32,000 nt of DNA from Promethearchaeota archaeon (GTDB lineage Archaea > Asgardarchaeota > Hermodarchaeia > Hermodarchaeales > Hermodarchaeaceae): assembly GCA_048938295.1 (NCBI GenBank), contig JBHLMI010000015.1:27025-59024 (forward strand). Reading direction: 5' to 3'. Every line of letters begins with the position of its first letter. Positions within the stretch are counted from its first letter, which is position 1. Shown here one piece after another: positions 17,466 to 26,975 of this stretch. The position numbers and the translations under genes were made by a program. The notes beneath the pieces are model-generated. The model saw only the letters and a program-made list of their open reading frames with translations. It was not told the DNA's origin and ran no database searches.

Positions 17466-18247
17466 TCGATGTCTAACCTCTTTTTCAGTTGCTTCATGAA
17501 GTCTTCCATTGAAGCATTAAACATACGGAATTTCCTAACGACAACATCAAAACTCGCTCCCTTCTGTGAGAACATGTTGATCTCCGATTCCACATTAGCT
17601 TGTGGGACAGGTCCCCAACAGCCTTCACAGGGGAAGCCAACACTGGGACAACGTGCTCCACATCCAGCACGTGTTATCGGGCCTAAACAGAGTTCTCCTT
17701 CCTTCATCAGGCAGATATTTTCTTTGAGACGACATTCCACACATACAGCGTAGTTTTTCTGTGGAGGCTCTCCTCCGGTCAGTAGGGCCGTGAGGAGCTC
17801 TATGAATTCATCACCGGCAATGGGGCAACCTTGCAACTCATAATCAACCTTGACATATTCCTTCAAAGGTTGTATCTCGGGGAGTGTTCGCACATGAGAG
17901 GCATCCCCATATACACTTTGTTTGAGCTCTTCGATATTTCGACCGTTTCGAAGAGCGTTAATACCGCCAGTGGTGGCACATGCACCCAAGGCAACTAACA
18001 CCTTTGATTTTTCTCGCAGCTCCTTAAGATGGGCTAGTTCTGCATCATTTGTGACTGATCCTTCGATAAAGCAGACATCATATGGTCCCGGGTGTTTCGC
18101 AGAGCTTCCCATTCGAAATTGCACGAGGTTAATTTGCCGAAGAATATCTAAGAGCTCTTCTTCCTGATTAAGGACCTCGAGCTGGCATCCTGCACAACAG
18201 GTTAATCCGTAAAAAGCAACGACGGGTTTTGATTTCTCTGTGGGCAT
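17456..18247 (-). CDS. hydD: Group 3b hydrogenase small subunit delta
   Basis: LTCCAGCQ, IEGSV, LGACATTGG, GCP, VCVEC..CLGPITRAGCGARCP..PCEGCWG. Confidence 0.95.
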   Translation of the reverse strand: MPTEKSKPVVAFYGLTCCAGCQLEVLNQEEELLDILRQINLVQFRMGSSAKHPGPYDVCFIEGSVTNDAELAHLKELREKSKVLVALGACATTGGINALRNGRNIEELKQSVYGDASHVRTLPEIQPLKEYVKVDYELQGCPIAGDEFIELLTALLTGGEPPQKNYAVCVECRLKENICLMKEGELCLGPITRAGCGARCPSVGFPCEGCWGPVPQANVESEINMFSQKGASFDVVVRKFRMFNASMEDFMKQLKKRLDIEWL

Positions 18248-18271
18248 TTCTTGAATTCCTCCTTTGGTTCC

Positions 18272-19129
18272 TTATACTGCCCCTCGTTGTGTCTTTACTT
18301 CGGCATAACTAAACACTGGACCGTCTTGACAGACGAATTTTGACCCCACAAGACAATGGCTACAATGCCCGACACCGCATTTCATGCGACGTTCAAGGGA
18401 TAAGAAGATACGATCATCCGGTAATCCAATCTTTTCTAGTTCGCGCATTACAAACTTGTACATGATAGGTGGTCCACACACAAGCGCGTAGGTGTCTTTA
18501 GGTGAAATGTTGATACGGTCAAAAAGAATCGTGACCACGCCAATGTTTCCCGCCCAACAATGTTCATCATCCCGGTCAACGGTTGCAACATATTCGATGT
18601 CCCGTCGGTTGTCCCAAAGATATAGTTCATCTTTGAAAAGGAGCTCCTCTGGGCACCGAGCACCATACATGATTTGCAGTTTCCCGTAATCGTCACGGTT
18701 TTCAATGATGTCGAGGATTACTGGTCGCAGGGGTACGACCCCAATTCCACCACCGATGATAACGATGTTTTTCCCTTTCACGTCATCCATGGGCCATCCA
18801 TGTCCAAAGGGTCCACGGAATCCCACGATGCTATCGGGGTTTAGGTTTTGAAGAACATTGGTTAACTTACCAACTGAGCGAATACAGAGATCGAACGAAT
18901 TGGTCTTATTTGGGGATGAGCAAATGCCAAACGGGGCCTCGCCATATCCAAAAATGGACAGGAGCATAAACTGACCTGGTGTAAAGGTGAACTGCTTCTG
19001 GATCTCTGGGTTAACATACTCAAAGGTATATAGATTAGTATCGGGGGTCTGTGGCGTTATTCTCACTAGACGGGCCTGATTGTACTGGTAAGCATTTTTT
19101 TCATGGCGAAGTGAAACGGAATGGGTCAT
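18272..19129 (-). CDS. hydG: Group 3b hydrogenase gamma subunit (FAD/NAD(P)-binding, [2Fe-2S])
   Basis: FTPGQF, GEAPFGICS, FRGPFGHGWP, GGGIGVVPLR, VCGPPIM, ERRMKCGVGHCSHC..VCQDGPVF. Confidence 0.95.
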   Translation of the reverse strand: MTHSVSLRHEKNAYQYNQARLVRITPQTPDTNLYTFEYVNPEIQKQFTFTPGQFMLLSIFGYGEAPFGICSSPNKTNSFDLCIRSVGKLTNVLQNLNPDSIVGFRGPFGHGWPMDDVKGKNIVIIGGGIGVVPLRPVILDIIENRDDYGKLQIMYGARCPEELLFKDELYLWDNRRDIEYVATVDRDDEHCWAGNIGVVTILFDRINISPKDTYALVCGPPIMYKFVMRELEKIGLPDDRIFLSLERRMKCGVGHCSHCLVGSKFVCQDGPVFSYAEVKTQRGAV

Positions 19130-19133
19130 CTTG

Positions 19134-20207
19134 TTAGTTCCCTCCCTCTTGGATATCAGTCAATAATTCAATCATATCAATATCTGCGGGACAAGTTCGG
19201 GTACAGCGTCCACAGCCTACACAACCAATTTGCTCGATCTGTTCGGGCTCAATCCAGAATTTATGATAGATACGGAATCGCACACGTGACGGAATGGTTG
19301 GCCGGAAATTATGCCCTCCTGCAACGAGGGCAAAATCTACAAGTTGACAAGAATCCCAATTGCGAACACGAGAACCTTTATTTAAATCCAGTTCTACTCG
19401 GTCCTTCACATCAAAACAGAAGCAAGTGGGGCAGACCATAGTACAAGCACCACATCCAAAACACCGATTTCCCAAACGGACCCAAATCTCCCCTTCATAA
19501 CCTGCCTCCAGTTGCTCAGGAAGCTTCTTGAATTCTGAAATCACATCAGGGAAGGTTTCTTCTCGACTAGTGAGGAGCTGATTGACGCTTTTGCTTTGTT
19601 CTTTTGATGCCGATGAGAAAAGTGATTTAGTGTAATCAATCACTAACTGTCCAGTTTCAGTGAGTACATCCACATAGTAGTTATCATGGAGTTCTGTGAG
19701 CATAAGATCTGCACCTTCGGTTGACGAAAGTGTCATTGCTGACTTACAGAAACTCTCTTCGCACGGAGTAAGGCAATTCAACCCGATGATAATTCCCCGT
19801 TCACGTCGGCGGGTTCGATAAGGATCAGGATAAACTTGGGTGAGAATCTTATCGTGAAACTGAATGGCTGCTAGATCACAGGAATGAATGCCAACTATCA
19901 CAAATCGCTTCCCGTTCCAGAGGGAGATTTCTTCATTTTCTTCTAGGGGGTTAGTTATGCTGAGTTGAGGACCTAAGGAAAAGCCAACCATTTCTTCTTT
20001 GGGTGGTATGAAGTACTTCTTTGGCGGAAGAATCGTTGTATCATAATCCAACCGCAGCTGAGATCCATCACTGATTTCATCAAAGACAAACTGGGTTTTC
20101 TTCGCTACTGGCCCATAGACAGTCAGAATTTGGGTGAGTTTTTCAATAAACGAAGCAATGTCTCCTTTCTTTAAGATTAGCGGACTTATTGTACTTTCAG
20201 GAGCCAT
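19134..20207 (-). CDS. hydB: Group 3b hydrogenase beta subunit (AsrA-like, 4Fe-4S)
   Basis: TILPPKKYF, GIHSCD, CFGCGACTMVCPTCFC, RNWDSC, CVGCGRCTRTCP. Start ATG 20207 (GGTGA RBS) or GTG 20216. Confidence 0.95.
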   Translation of the reverse strand: MAPESTISPLILKKGDIASFIEKLTQILTVYGPVAKKTQFVFDEISDGSQLRLDYDTTILPPKKYFIPPKEEMVGFSLGPQLSITNPLEENEEISLWNGKRFVIVGIHSCDLAAIQFHDKILTQVYPDPYRTRRRERGIIIGLNCLTPCEESFCKSAMTLSSTEGADLMLTELHDNYYVDVLTETGQLVIDYTKSLFSSASKEQSKSVNQLLTSREETFPDVISEFKKLPEQLEAGYEGEIWVRLGNRCFGCGACTMVCPTCFCFDVKDRVELDLNKGSRVRNWDSCQLVDFALVAGGHNFRPTIPSRVRFRIYHKFWIEPEQIEQIGCVGCGRCTRTCPADIDMIELLTDIQEGGN

Positions 20208-20442
20208 AATAATCACCCATTCGTCGAGACCATTTTCTGGTAGAGAACCAATCGCTAACCCTTGTTGCGAGGTTAAAATGTCTTAGGCTAGTTCAACTTG
20301 GTGCTTTTTTGATTTTCCACACATCCTGTCATGAACCCCCACGCCTTTATAAGCAACGCTACGAGCGATAAAGAATTAATTAGGAGTTCCCTTAGAGAGG
20401 ATGACTGTAAAGGATTGATTCACCTAATATCGGGGTTATCTT

Positions 20443-22335
20443 ATGGAGGCAAACCAACAAACGGAGTTTGGAGTAAAAAAGCAACCTTCGCTTGCTGACC
20501 TGTTACACGTATCGCAGTCTGCAATCAGTCTCTATTTTGAACTTGCCGCAGAACTGTCTCCTATTCCATTGACAGAAATTCAGGAACAGCATGGCTTATC
20601 CACAAAGAAAGCGGATCAGTATCTCACTGAGCTCCAAACCTGTGGATTGGTCCGGCGTAATCCAGACGAAACCTATGAGGCTGTCGCCCCAGTTGAAGCA
20701 GTTATGATTGCTCTCACCCGAGTACGTGATCTCTTACGCCAGCTTCGAACAGATTTCCCAGAACGAGTTGAAACTGGTATCCCTGGAATCGATGCTTCGA
20801 TGAAAAAAGAAGTTGAAACACTCCCCTACCAATTAGAAAAGCTTCGGACGAATATTGACCAGAGACTAGATACTGCATTTGATGGATTTCGAAATAGAGC
20901 CGAGACCATGCAAGCATCCCCCGTTTTCGAAGTGTTTACAGATGAGCTTCGGGCTGAGCTGCTCTCAGAAGTTGATGAACGAATGATGGAAACCCGAAAT
21001 CAACTCAATGATTTCGAATCGATTGACGCGTTCATCAACGTCCTCAACAAACTGAAGAACGACGTGTTTGATATCGTCAACATCTCACTGTCAGATATGC
21101 GTGAGCAATCCTTCCGGCTCCACGAACTAGAGAGCTTCAGTGAAACCCTAATCGAGCTCTGGAATGTCACCCCTTCGATTGTCGAGGAGCACTTGGCAGA
21201 TTTTGAACAGGAAATGAGTGTCTTAGAAGCATCACTCAGCGACCTCATGGAGACTAAATACCGGTTAGGGGCTTTTAAAGGGGTCATTGAGAACTTCGCT
21301 CGAGACCACATCATGACCGCTGTAAAACGGCTCAAAGCTAACTTCCAGGTTTCTCTCACTGAGGCTATCCAAGATCATCTGCAAGAGGCTCAGGAACGCT
21401 TCGAAGAGGTTGCCAAATCAGCCCAGCAAGAGTTTGATAAATTGCGAGAACAACTAGCTGAATGGGTTCGTAACGCGTTGGATCTAGCTTTTAGTGAAGT
21501 GATTCAGCGGAATCAGAAAGCTACAACAGAACTGGCTGATCGGTTAGCTGACTTAACACTTGCTTTTCAATCCCGTTTTGCTGAAGGACTTGAAAATTCC
21601 GTGAAGCAAGTCAAACTCCAAGCTCGCGAACTTGACACCCATATAGCCAAAATTCCTGATATCGTTGACAAGCTACGAACCCAAGAGTTTACTCCACAAC
21701 TCAATCAGATGGTAACCCAAAGTGAACAGCACTTAACGAAAATCACACATGATATCCCCAAAGCTTTCTCCGAGTGGCGAACTCAATACATCAAATCCAC
21801 AAATGCACAGCTTGCTAGCGTTTTAGAGGAAGCAGAAGGACAGGTTACCCTTGCTACTCAAAGTGTGAACCAATTCTGGCGCCGATCTAAGGAATCCGAA
21901 CCCTCAACTTTTGACCTGTACCAATTTGTGGTTGGAGAAAAGGAATTTCATTCCTATATGGCCAGCCAAATCGCTCGGGCTCGAAGTCAACTATTCATCA
22001 TTCTTCCGCGAGCAATTCGAATCAAAGTCAAACTCCTAAAAATGGTTCCAAGCGATGTTCGTGTGCGCATCGTTGTAGCTGACACACCTGCTACGAAAAC
22101 GGTCCAAAGCTTACAGCGTCTAGCGGCGAAAAACTATAACTATCAGCTCCGTCACGATCCTCGTGGAGACCTTTGGGGTGTCACTCACGACAATGAAGAA
22201 ATCATCTTAGGAAATACTTCCAAGGGTACAGCAAATGTTGTCGGAATTGCGTCAAGTCATGAAGACCATGTTGACATGCTCCGCTCTATCATGGAGACGC
22301 GTTGGCTCCATGCACGCAGCCTACCATCAAAGTAG
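20443..22335 (+). CDS. TrmB-family regulator with long central coiled-coil insertion
   Basis: N-terminal wHTH (YLTELQTCGLVRR..YEAVAPVEA), about 400 aa of amphipathic helical repeats, C-terminal TrmB effector/PLD-like domain (ARARSQLFIILP, VRVRIVV, VTHDNEEIILG). Confidence 0.75.
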   Translation: MEANQQTEFGVKKQPSLADLLHVSQSAISLYFELAAELSPIPLTEIQEQHGLSTKKADQYLTELQTCGLVRRNPDETYEAVAPVEAVMIALTRVRDLLRQLRTDFPERVETGIPGIDASMKKEVETLPYQLEKLRTNIDQRLDTAFDGFRNRAETMQASPVFEVFTDELRAELLSEVDERMMETRNQLNDFESIDAFINVLNKLKNDVFDIVNISLSDMREQSFRLHELESFSETLIELWNVTPSIVEEHLADFEQEMSVLEASLSDLMETKYRLGAFKGVIENFARDHIMTAVKRLKANFQVSLTEAIQDHLQEAQERFEEVAKSAQQEFDKLREQLAEWVRNALDLAFSEVIQRNQKATTELADRLADLTLAFQSRFAEGLENSVKQVKLQARELDTHIAKIPDIVDKLRTQEFTPQLNQMVTQSEQHLTKITHDIPKAFSEWRTQYIKSTNAQLASVLEEAEGQVTLATQSVNQFWRRSKESEPSTFDLYQFVVGEKEFHSYMASQIARARSQLFIILPRAIRIKVKLLKMVPSDVRVRIVVADTPATKTVQSLQRLAAKNYNYQLRHDPRGDLWGVTHDNEEIILGNTSKGTANVVGIASSHEDHVDMLRSIMETRWLHARSLPSK

Positions 22336-22427
22336 GGTTGCTTAACCGACGTGCTTTTAACAAGAGAATAACACGAGTTTCTTCAAGCGAAATCAAACTA
22401 GCTAAATGGGAGTTAGTGAGAAAACCC

Positions 22428-23846
22428 ATGAACGTTCGAAATATCCTAGAGGAAATTGATACCCAGTTTAGCACGACACTGAACCAGCTACAAAGTTTCC
22501 TCCGACAGCCCAGCATTAGTAGTACAGGAGCTGGAATTAACCGCACCGCCCACCAAGTGTTTACCAAACTAGAATCCCTTAACTTCGATACGACTATACT
22601 CCCAACTCCCAGCAACCCTATTATCTTTGGAAAAAACACCTCTGCAGGAAAGAAAGCACCCACGCTTCTCATTCATACTTCAATCGATGTAATGACAACC
22701 GAATCGGAGGCCTGGTGGTCAGTCCCCCCATTTGCGGCTGAAATCAAAGACCACACACGCTTCGGACCCAGCCTCATCGCTCGAGGTGCATATACCCAAA
22801 AAGCCGCACTAATGGCCCTCCTTGAAACCCTTACTATTATCCAAGAAGTAGAAGACGCCCTCCCCCTCAACTTATTCCTTGTTGTGGACAGTGAAGAAGA
22901 AAGCGGCAGCCCTAGTCTCCCAACTTTCGTCAAAGAAAATGAGCAAGAACTGAAGAAAGCTGATGCGGTGTATTATCCTTTCTTTGCTTCGGATCGAAGA
23001 GGTATAGCTCGATTATTCCTTGGCACCAAAGGCATCGTATTTCTCCGGCTTCATTGTCGCGGACCTTCAACCCGGGATCTTCACTCCGCCGAAGTCGGTT
23101 GGATCCGCAATCCTGCCCATATCCTTGCTAGGGCACTTTGCAGCTTAGTCGATATTCATGGGCACCCTCAAATTCCAGGACTATTAGACAATGTCCAACC
23201 TCCCACAGAAGAGGACGAACGCCTAATTGCGTTACTTGCGGAATCTTTTGATCCAGGCATTGCAGCCCTTCAATTAGATGCCAAGGACTTAACCATCAAA
23301 GCTGATTCTAAAGCTGATCTACTCCGTCGTTTCCTTTTTGAGCCTACTGTCAATATATCAGGAATCCAAACAGGTTATGTAGGCGACTCATACAAAACCA
23401 TTCTTCCCCGGCAAGCCTCTGCTCATATTGATATCCGGTTAACGCCTAACGAAACCCCTCACAACGTTCTACGAGTCATTAAAGATCACCTTACAAGCCT
23501 CGGGCTCAGCGGATTAATTGAGCCTGAATTAGGCTACACTATGAACTGGGCGAAAAGTTCAGATAACACCCAGGTTGCAAAGTCTCTATTGAAGTCTTAC
23601 TATGAAGCAGGAGTGGATAATGTGGAAATTTGGCCTATGTTTCCTTCAAGTGTACCCCTCTACGTCTATGCAGACCCGCCATTGAGGAAACCGTTTGTCA
23701 TTGGAGGACTCGGTCACGGTGGCCATGCACATGGTCGCGATGAGTATGTGGTCGTTGAAGGTATCCGACACTTCCAGAAAGGCTTCACGCACTTTCTCAA
23801 TTTCTTCAGCCAAACTGGCAGCAGAAGTAGTGGCGGTAAAGCATGA
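22428..23846 (+). CDS. M20/M25/M40 metallopeptidase homologue with degenerate metal site
   Basis: W..PPF, ARGA, EEESGS, LGTKG, DLHS, NPA, EPTVNISG, TILP, GHAHGRDE. Start reassigned to ATG 22428. Confidence 0.85.
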   Translation: MNVRNILEEIDTQFSTTLNQLQSFLRQPSISSTGAGINRTAHQVFTKLESLNFDTTILPTPSNPIIFGKNTSAGKKAPTLLIHTSIDVMTTESEAWWSVPPFAAEIKDHTRFGPSLIARGAYTQKAALMALLETLTIIQEVEDALPLNLFLVVDSEEESGSPSLPTFVKENEQELKKADAVYYPFFASDRRGIARLFLGTKGIVFLRLHCRGPSTRDLHSAEVGWIRNPAHILARALCSLVDIHGHPQIPGLLDNVQPPTEEDERLIALLAESFDPGIAALQLDAKDLTIKADSKADLLRRFLFEPTVNISGIQTGYVGDSYKTILPRQASAHIDIRLTPNETPHNVLRVIKDHLTSLGLSGLIEPELGYTMNWAKSSDNTQVAKSLLKSYYEAGVDNVEIWPMFPSSVPLYVYADPPLRKPFVIGGLGHGGHAHGRDEYVVVEGIRHFQKGFTHFLNFFSQTGSRSSGGKA

Positions 23847-24658
23847 CAGTTCGGGTGGAACTCCTCATCATCGGAAACGAACTACTGTCTGGACATACCC
23901 TTGATACGAATTCTCAATGGCTAGCCCAGCGGTTACTCGAAATCAATCTTCCCATCAGCCAGATACTGGTAATCGAAGACCACATTGAAGTCATTGCTAC
24001 AGCCATCAAAAGCAGTGTGACACGTCAAACACGTCTCCTGATCACAAGTGGAGGACTAGGCCCAACCTTTGATGACCTCACAGCAAAAGGTCTAGCCCTC
24101 GCCGCTGACACTTCCCTTGAAATGAATCCCTTAGCTCTGAAGATGGTATCCCAACGCTACAAAGAACTTAAGGCACAAGGATTGGTGGAAACCGCTGAAC
24201 TCATTCCAAGTCGAAAGAAGATGGCAAAGCTCCCACAGAAAGCTACTCCACTCCCCAACAGTGTGGGCTCAGCTCCAGGAATTCGGATGCAACTAGGGAA
24301 TACGATCGTGTTTTGTCTTCCAGGTGTTTCACAGGAGCTCTATGCAATGTTTATGGATACTGTTATTCCTAGGATTACACCATTATCCGGAAAAGTCATC
24401 GAACAGGATACTGTTTATGTTCCTATCCTTGATGAATCAGTGCTTGCTCCCTTGCTCGATCAGGTCATGTCGAATAAACAGGGCGTATACCTCAAATCCT
24501 TACCTCGCCCTTATCAATCCCATCAACCTCTCCGGGTTGCCCTCACGGTCACCGCATCATCCAAAGAAGAAGCTTCAACACTTCTTTCAACAACTCGGAA
24601 GCAGCTAGAGAAACTATCCTATGCTCATCGTCAATCTGAGCTACCGCTAGATAAGTGA
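23843..24658 (+). CDS. cinA: CinA N-terminal-like (MoCF-biosynthesis domain) protein, lacking the PncC domain
   Basis: IGNELLSGHTLDTNSQWLA, TSGGLGPTFDDLT, RKKMA, NSVGSAPG, LPGV; ATGA overlap with upstream gene. Confidence 0.85.
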   Translation: MTVRVELLIIGNELLSGHTLDTNSQWLAQRLLEINLPISQILVIEDHIEVIATAIKSSVTRQTRLLITSGGLGPTFDDLTAKGLALAADTSLEMNPLALKMVSQRYKELKAQGLVETAELIPSRKKMAKLPQKATPLPNSVGSAPGIRMQLGNTIVFCLPGVSQELYAMFMDTVIPRITPLSGKVIEQDTVYVPILDESVLAPLLDQVMSNKQGVYLKSLPRPYQSHQPLRVALTVTASSKEEASTLLSTTRKQLEKLSYAHRQSELPLDK

Positions 24659-24699
24659 AATTTGTTCACCTAATATTGCCAATGAGCACGCTGGTGAAT

Positions 24700-24912
24700 T
24701 TACTCGTCTCCCAATTCTATTCCAAGCACTTCATCTAGTTTGTGATGTGTTTTCTTATCCAACTGCTCTAAGCTCTGTTCAAGAAAATCCTTGACAGTAC
24801 GAGTGCTGTTCGGGTGTTCAGCCTTCCATGCGAGGAAAGACGCCACAAGCTCAAGAGCGTCAATCACGCCCCGCAGATACCGTGGGTCAAGATTGTTCGA
24901 TTGAATAGACAT
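24700..24912 (-). CDS. Small helical hypothetical protein (70 aa)
   Basis: ATG 24912 with GGTGA RBS; the longer TTG-initiated 120-aa version seems less likely. Confidence 0.55.
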   Translation of the reverse strand: MSIQSNNLDPRYLRGVIDALELVASFLAWKAEHPNSTRTVKDFLEQSLEQLDKKTHHKLDEVLGIELGDE

Positions 24913-25154
24913 CTCTACTTCACCAAGAAATAGCGGTACTAAGGTACAGGTCTCTGAATTCTTCAATTTAAAGCTTCTCCCACCAATCACCTCTACCTGA
25001 TAATCCAAAGAAGCTGCAGAACATATCTTTCGAATTCCTTGATGAGGTAAAATCCAGTGCAAGAGCCATCGGACTACTTAAAAGCGTCGGTATGAAAATC
25101 CCTAATTGAGGAGCTTACTCCGCCTGGAGCATGTTCGAAAGGGGAATTCAAGCC

Positions 25155-25634
25155 ATGCTCGATGAAAAAGATCAGAAGATTCTACGTGAACTTGAGCGTG
25201 ATTGTCGTCAACGCACAAATACGATCGCCAAAGCCACAGACATACCAGTCACCACCGTTCATAACCGAATCAAGAAACTATCAAGCTCAGGTCACATCCA
25301 CTCCTTTCGAGCTATCCTTGATCCAATCAAGTTGGAAAAGCCCTTGGTCTCTTTCGTGTTCGTCTCTCTCAACCGTAATGCCATTGAGGCAACTGAGTCG
25401 AAAACTGACCGTGAGCTTATCTCTCGGATTGCCTCTCATTCAGCAGTCCAAGAGGTGCATACAGTGACGGGAGATTGGGATTTGTTACTCAAAATTCGGG
25501 CTAAAGATATTGGAGAACTTGAAGGAATAATCACCACTGAACTGCGTGAACCCAAACTCATTGACCGCGCTCAAACAATCTGTGCAATGGCCACCTATAA
25601 AGAAACCACGAACCTCTTATACAATGGCTGCTAA
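25155..25634 (+). CDS. Lrp/AsnC-family transcriptional regulator
   Basis: LDEKDQKILREL, IAKATDIPVTTVHNRIKKL, VHTVTGDWDLLLKI. ATG 25155 has the better-spaced RBS. Confidence 0.92.
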   Translation: MLDEKDQKILRELERDCRQRTNTIAKATDIPVTTVHNRIKKLSSSGHIHSFRAILDPIKLEKPLVSFVFVSLNRNAIEATESKTDRELISRIASHSAVQEVHTVTGDWDLLLKIRAKDIGELEGIITTELREPKLIDRAQTICAMATYKETTNLLYNGC

Positions 25635-25643
25635 ACTCAGCTG

Positions 25644-26255
25644 ATGAAAGAGCCCCTTTTTCTTGCTTCCAATTCTCCTCGTCGAGCTAAATTGCTTACT
25701 CAACTTGGATTCGAATTTACTGTCTGCAGTCCTCAAAATCAGGAGATGTATCTCAAACAAGGTTCGGATGACGAAATAGTTAAGCTAGCAAATGAGAACG
25801 CCTTACAAAAAGCACTCAGTGTTCTGCCTACTATTGAACAGGGTATTATCCTAAGTGGTGATACACTTGTTGTCACAGATGACAACATGGTTCTAGGAAA
25901 ACCCAAAAGCCCTGAAGAGGCTCTCTCGATGCTTCAAAAGCTTGTTGGTAGAACCCATCGGGTCATCTCGGCTGTCGCCGTGGTGGAGGTAACCAAGAAA
26001 AAAACACGGCAGGGACATGTGTGGGCTAAAGTGACATTTCAACATGCATCTGAACAAGCCCTCAACGAATATGTGCTGACAAGGGAACCACTCGGTAAAG
26101 CAGGTGGATATGCAATTCAAGGTAAAGGTGCGTTTCTCGTTAAGGAAATTGAGGGAAGTTATACATCTGTCATCGGATTACCTGTTGAGCTAGTCCTTTC
26201 GCTCCTCAGCGAATTCGGAATTACGCCCCACTCGAACTCAAGCTCCAGGATCTAA
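25644..26255 (+). CDS. maf: Maf-family nucleoside triphosphate pyrophosphatase
   Basis: LASNSPRR, NALQKA, SGDTLV, LGKP, GRTHRV, KAGGYAIQG, GSYTSVIGLP. Confidence 0.95.
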   Translation: MKEPLFLASNSPRRAKLLTQLGFEFTVCSPQNQEMYLKQGSDDEIVKLANENALQKALSVLPTIEQGIILSGDTLVVTDDNMVLGKPKSPEEALSMLQKLVGRTHRVISAVAVVEVTKKKTRQGHVWAKVTFQHASEQALNEYVLTREPLGKAGGYAIQGKGAFLVKEIEGSYTSVIGLPVELVLSLLSEFGITPHSNSSSRI

Positions 26256-26840
26256 TACAAAACTCGAAGCAATGAGATGTGCAACCCGAACAGGCTCAGG
26301 GATGCGGCTTCGGGTTGCTGTTTTCTGGACTAACTCCACAGTCTGCTGAAAAGGCATCCCGTGCCACTGTATATAAACAGGAGCACGCCCGGGACGAGAT
26401 TCCACAACCTTAACTGGTCCTGCGTTCGTAAGTCGAGTATATTTTTGTTCCCACTCATCTGGATTGATTTTTTGAAGTGCCTTTTTGACCTGGCGCATAT
26501 CCGGTTTTGAATCCGACACCGATATGACAGGTAATTTAGTGTCCTCAAATAGCACTTGAAGATCCAACACATTGGTTCCACCAAAGATCGTGTCACGCGT
26601 CATTATTACTCGTAGCTGACCGTAATGTGGTGAGGTTTTTATCATTTGGGTCAGTCGCAGCGTTACATCATCACCATCCACGCGGATGGGCTCCTGAAGA
26701 CAGCCCTCCATCCATTGCCCTCCCCGAAAGATTACACCAACCAATCGTGTCCACTCATGACGCCCTCTTTCAAACCGCGCATCATCTACTCCAAGAATAC
26801 GAATCTCAGGTTTAATTTGGCGGATCTCCACTTCAAACAT
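26238..26840 (-). CDS. DUF99/UPF0215 (endonuclease V-like fold) protein
   Basis: IRILGVDD, VDGDDVT, FGGTNVLD, LPVISV, RIPEPVRVAHLIA. Start ATG 26840; 18-nt convergent overlap with maf. Confidence 0.85.
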   Translation of the reverse strand: MFEVEIRQIKPEIRILGVDDARFERGRHEWTRLVGVIFRGGQWMEGCLQEPIRVDGDDVTLRLTQMIKTSPHYGQLRVIMTRDTIFGGTNVLDLQVLFEDTKLPVISVSDSKPDMRQVKKALQKINPDEWEQKYTRLTNAGPVKVVESRPGRAPVYIQWHGMPFQQTVELVQKTATRSRIPEPVRVAHLIASSFVLDPGA

Positions 26841-26975
26841 CCCTAGTATACTGATAATATTCAAACTCCTATAATGGTGTCTAGAGTTTATTGAATTGGG
26901 TAGCTAGTTAAATTGACTATTTTTGCATCAAAGCGTTTCACGTCAAGAACGCCATTTGAAATTAGAAGTAAAAAG

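Noticed and set aside
8425-19441. Many short overlapping ORFs within the hydrogenase cluster
   Set aside because: Antisense or out-of-frame shadows of well-supported genes.
8390-20207. Classical electron-bifurcating MvhADG-HdrABC or formate hydrogenlyase
   Set aside because: No HdrA, MvhD or formate dehydrogenase here; the soluble enzyme has beta/gamma subunits diagnostic of group 3b.
22302-22427. Extended N-terminus of the M20 ORF overlapping the TrmB gene
   Set aside because: Family similarity begins near ATG 22428; the extension spans intergenic sequence.
26238-26255. 18-nt convergent overlap of maf and DUF99
   Set aside because: Common in compact archaeal genomes; no functional signal.
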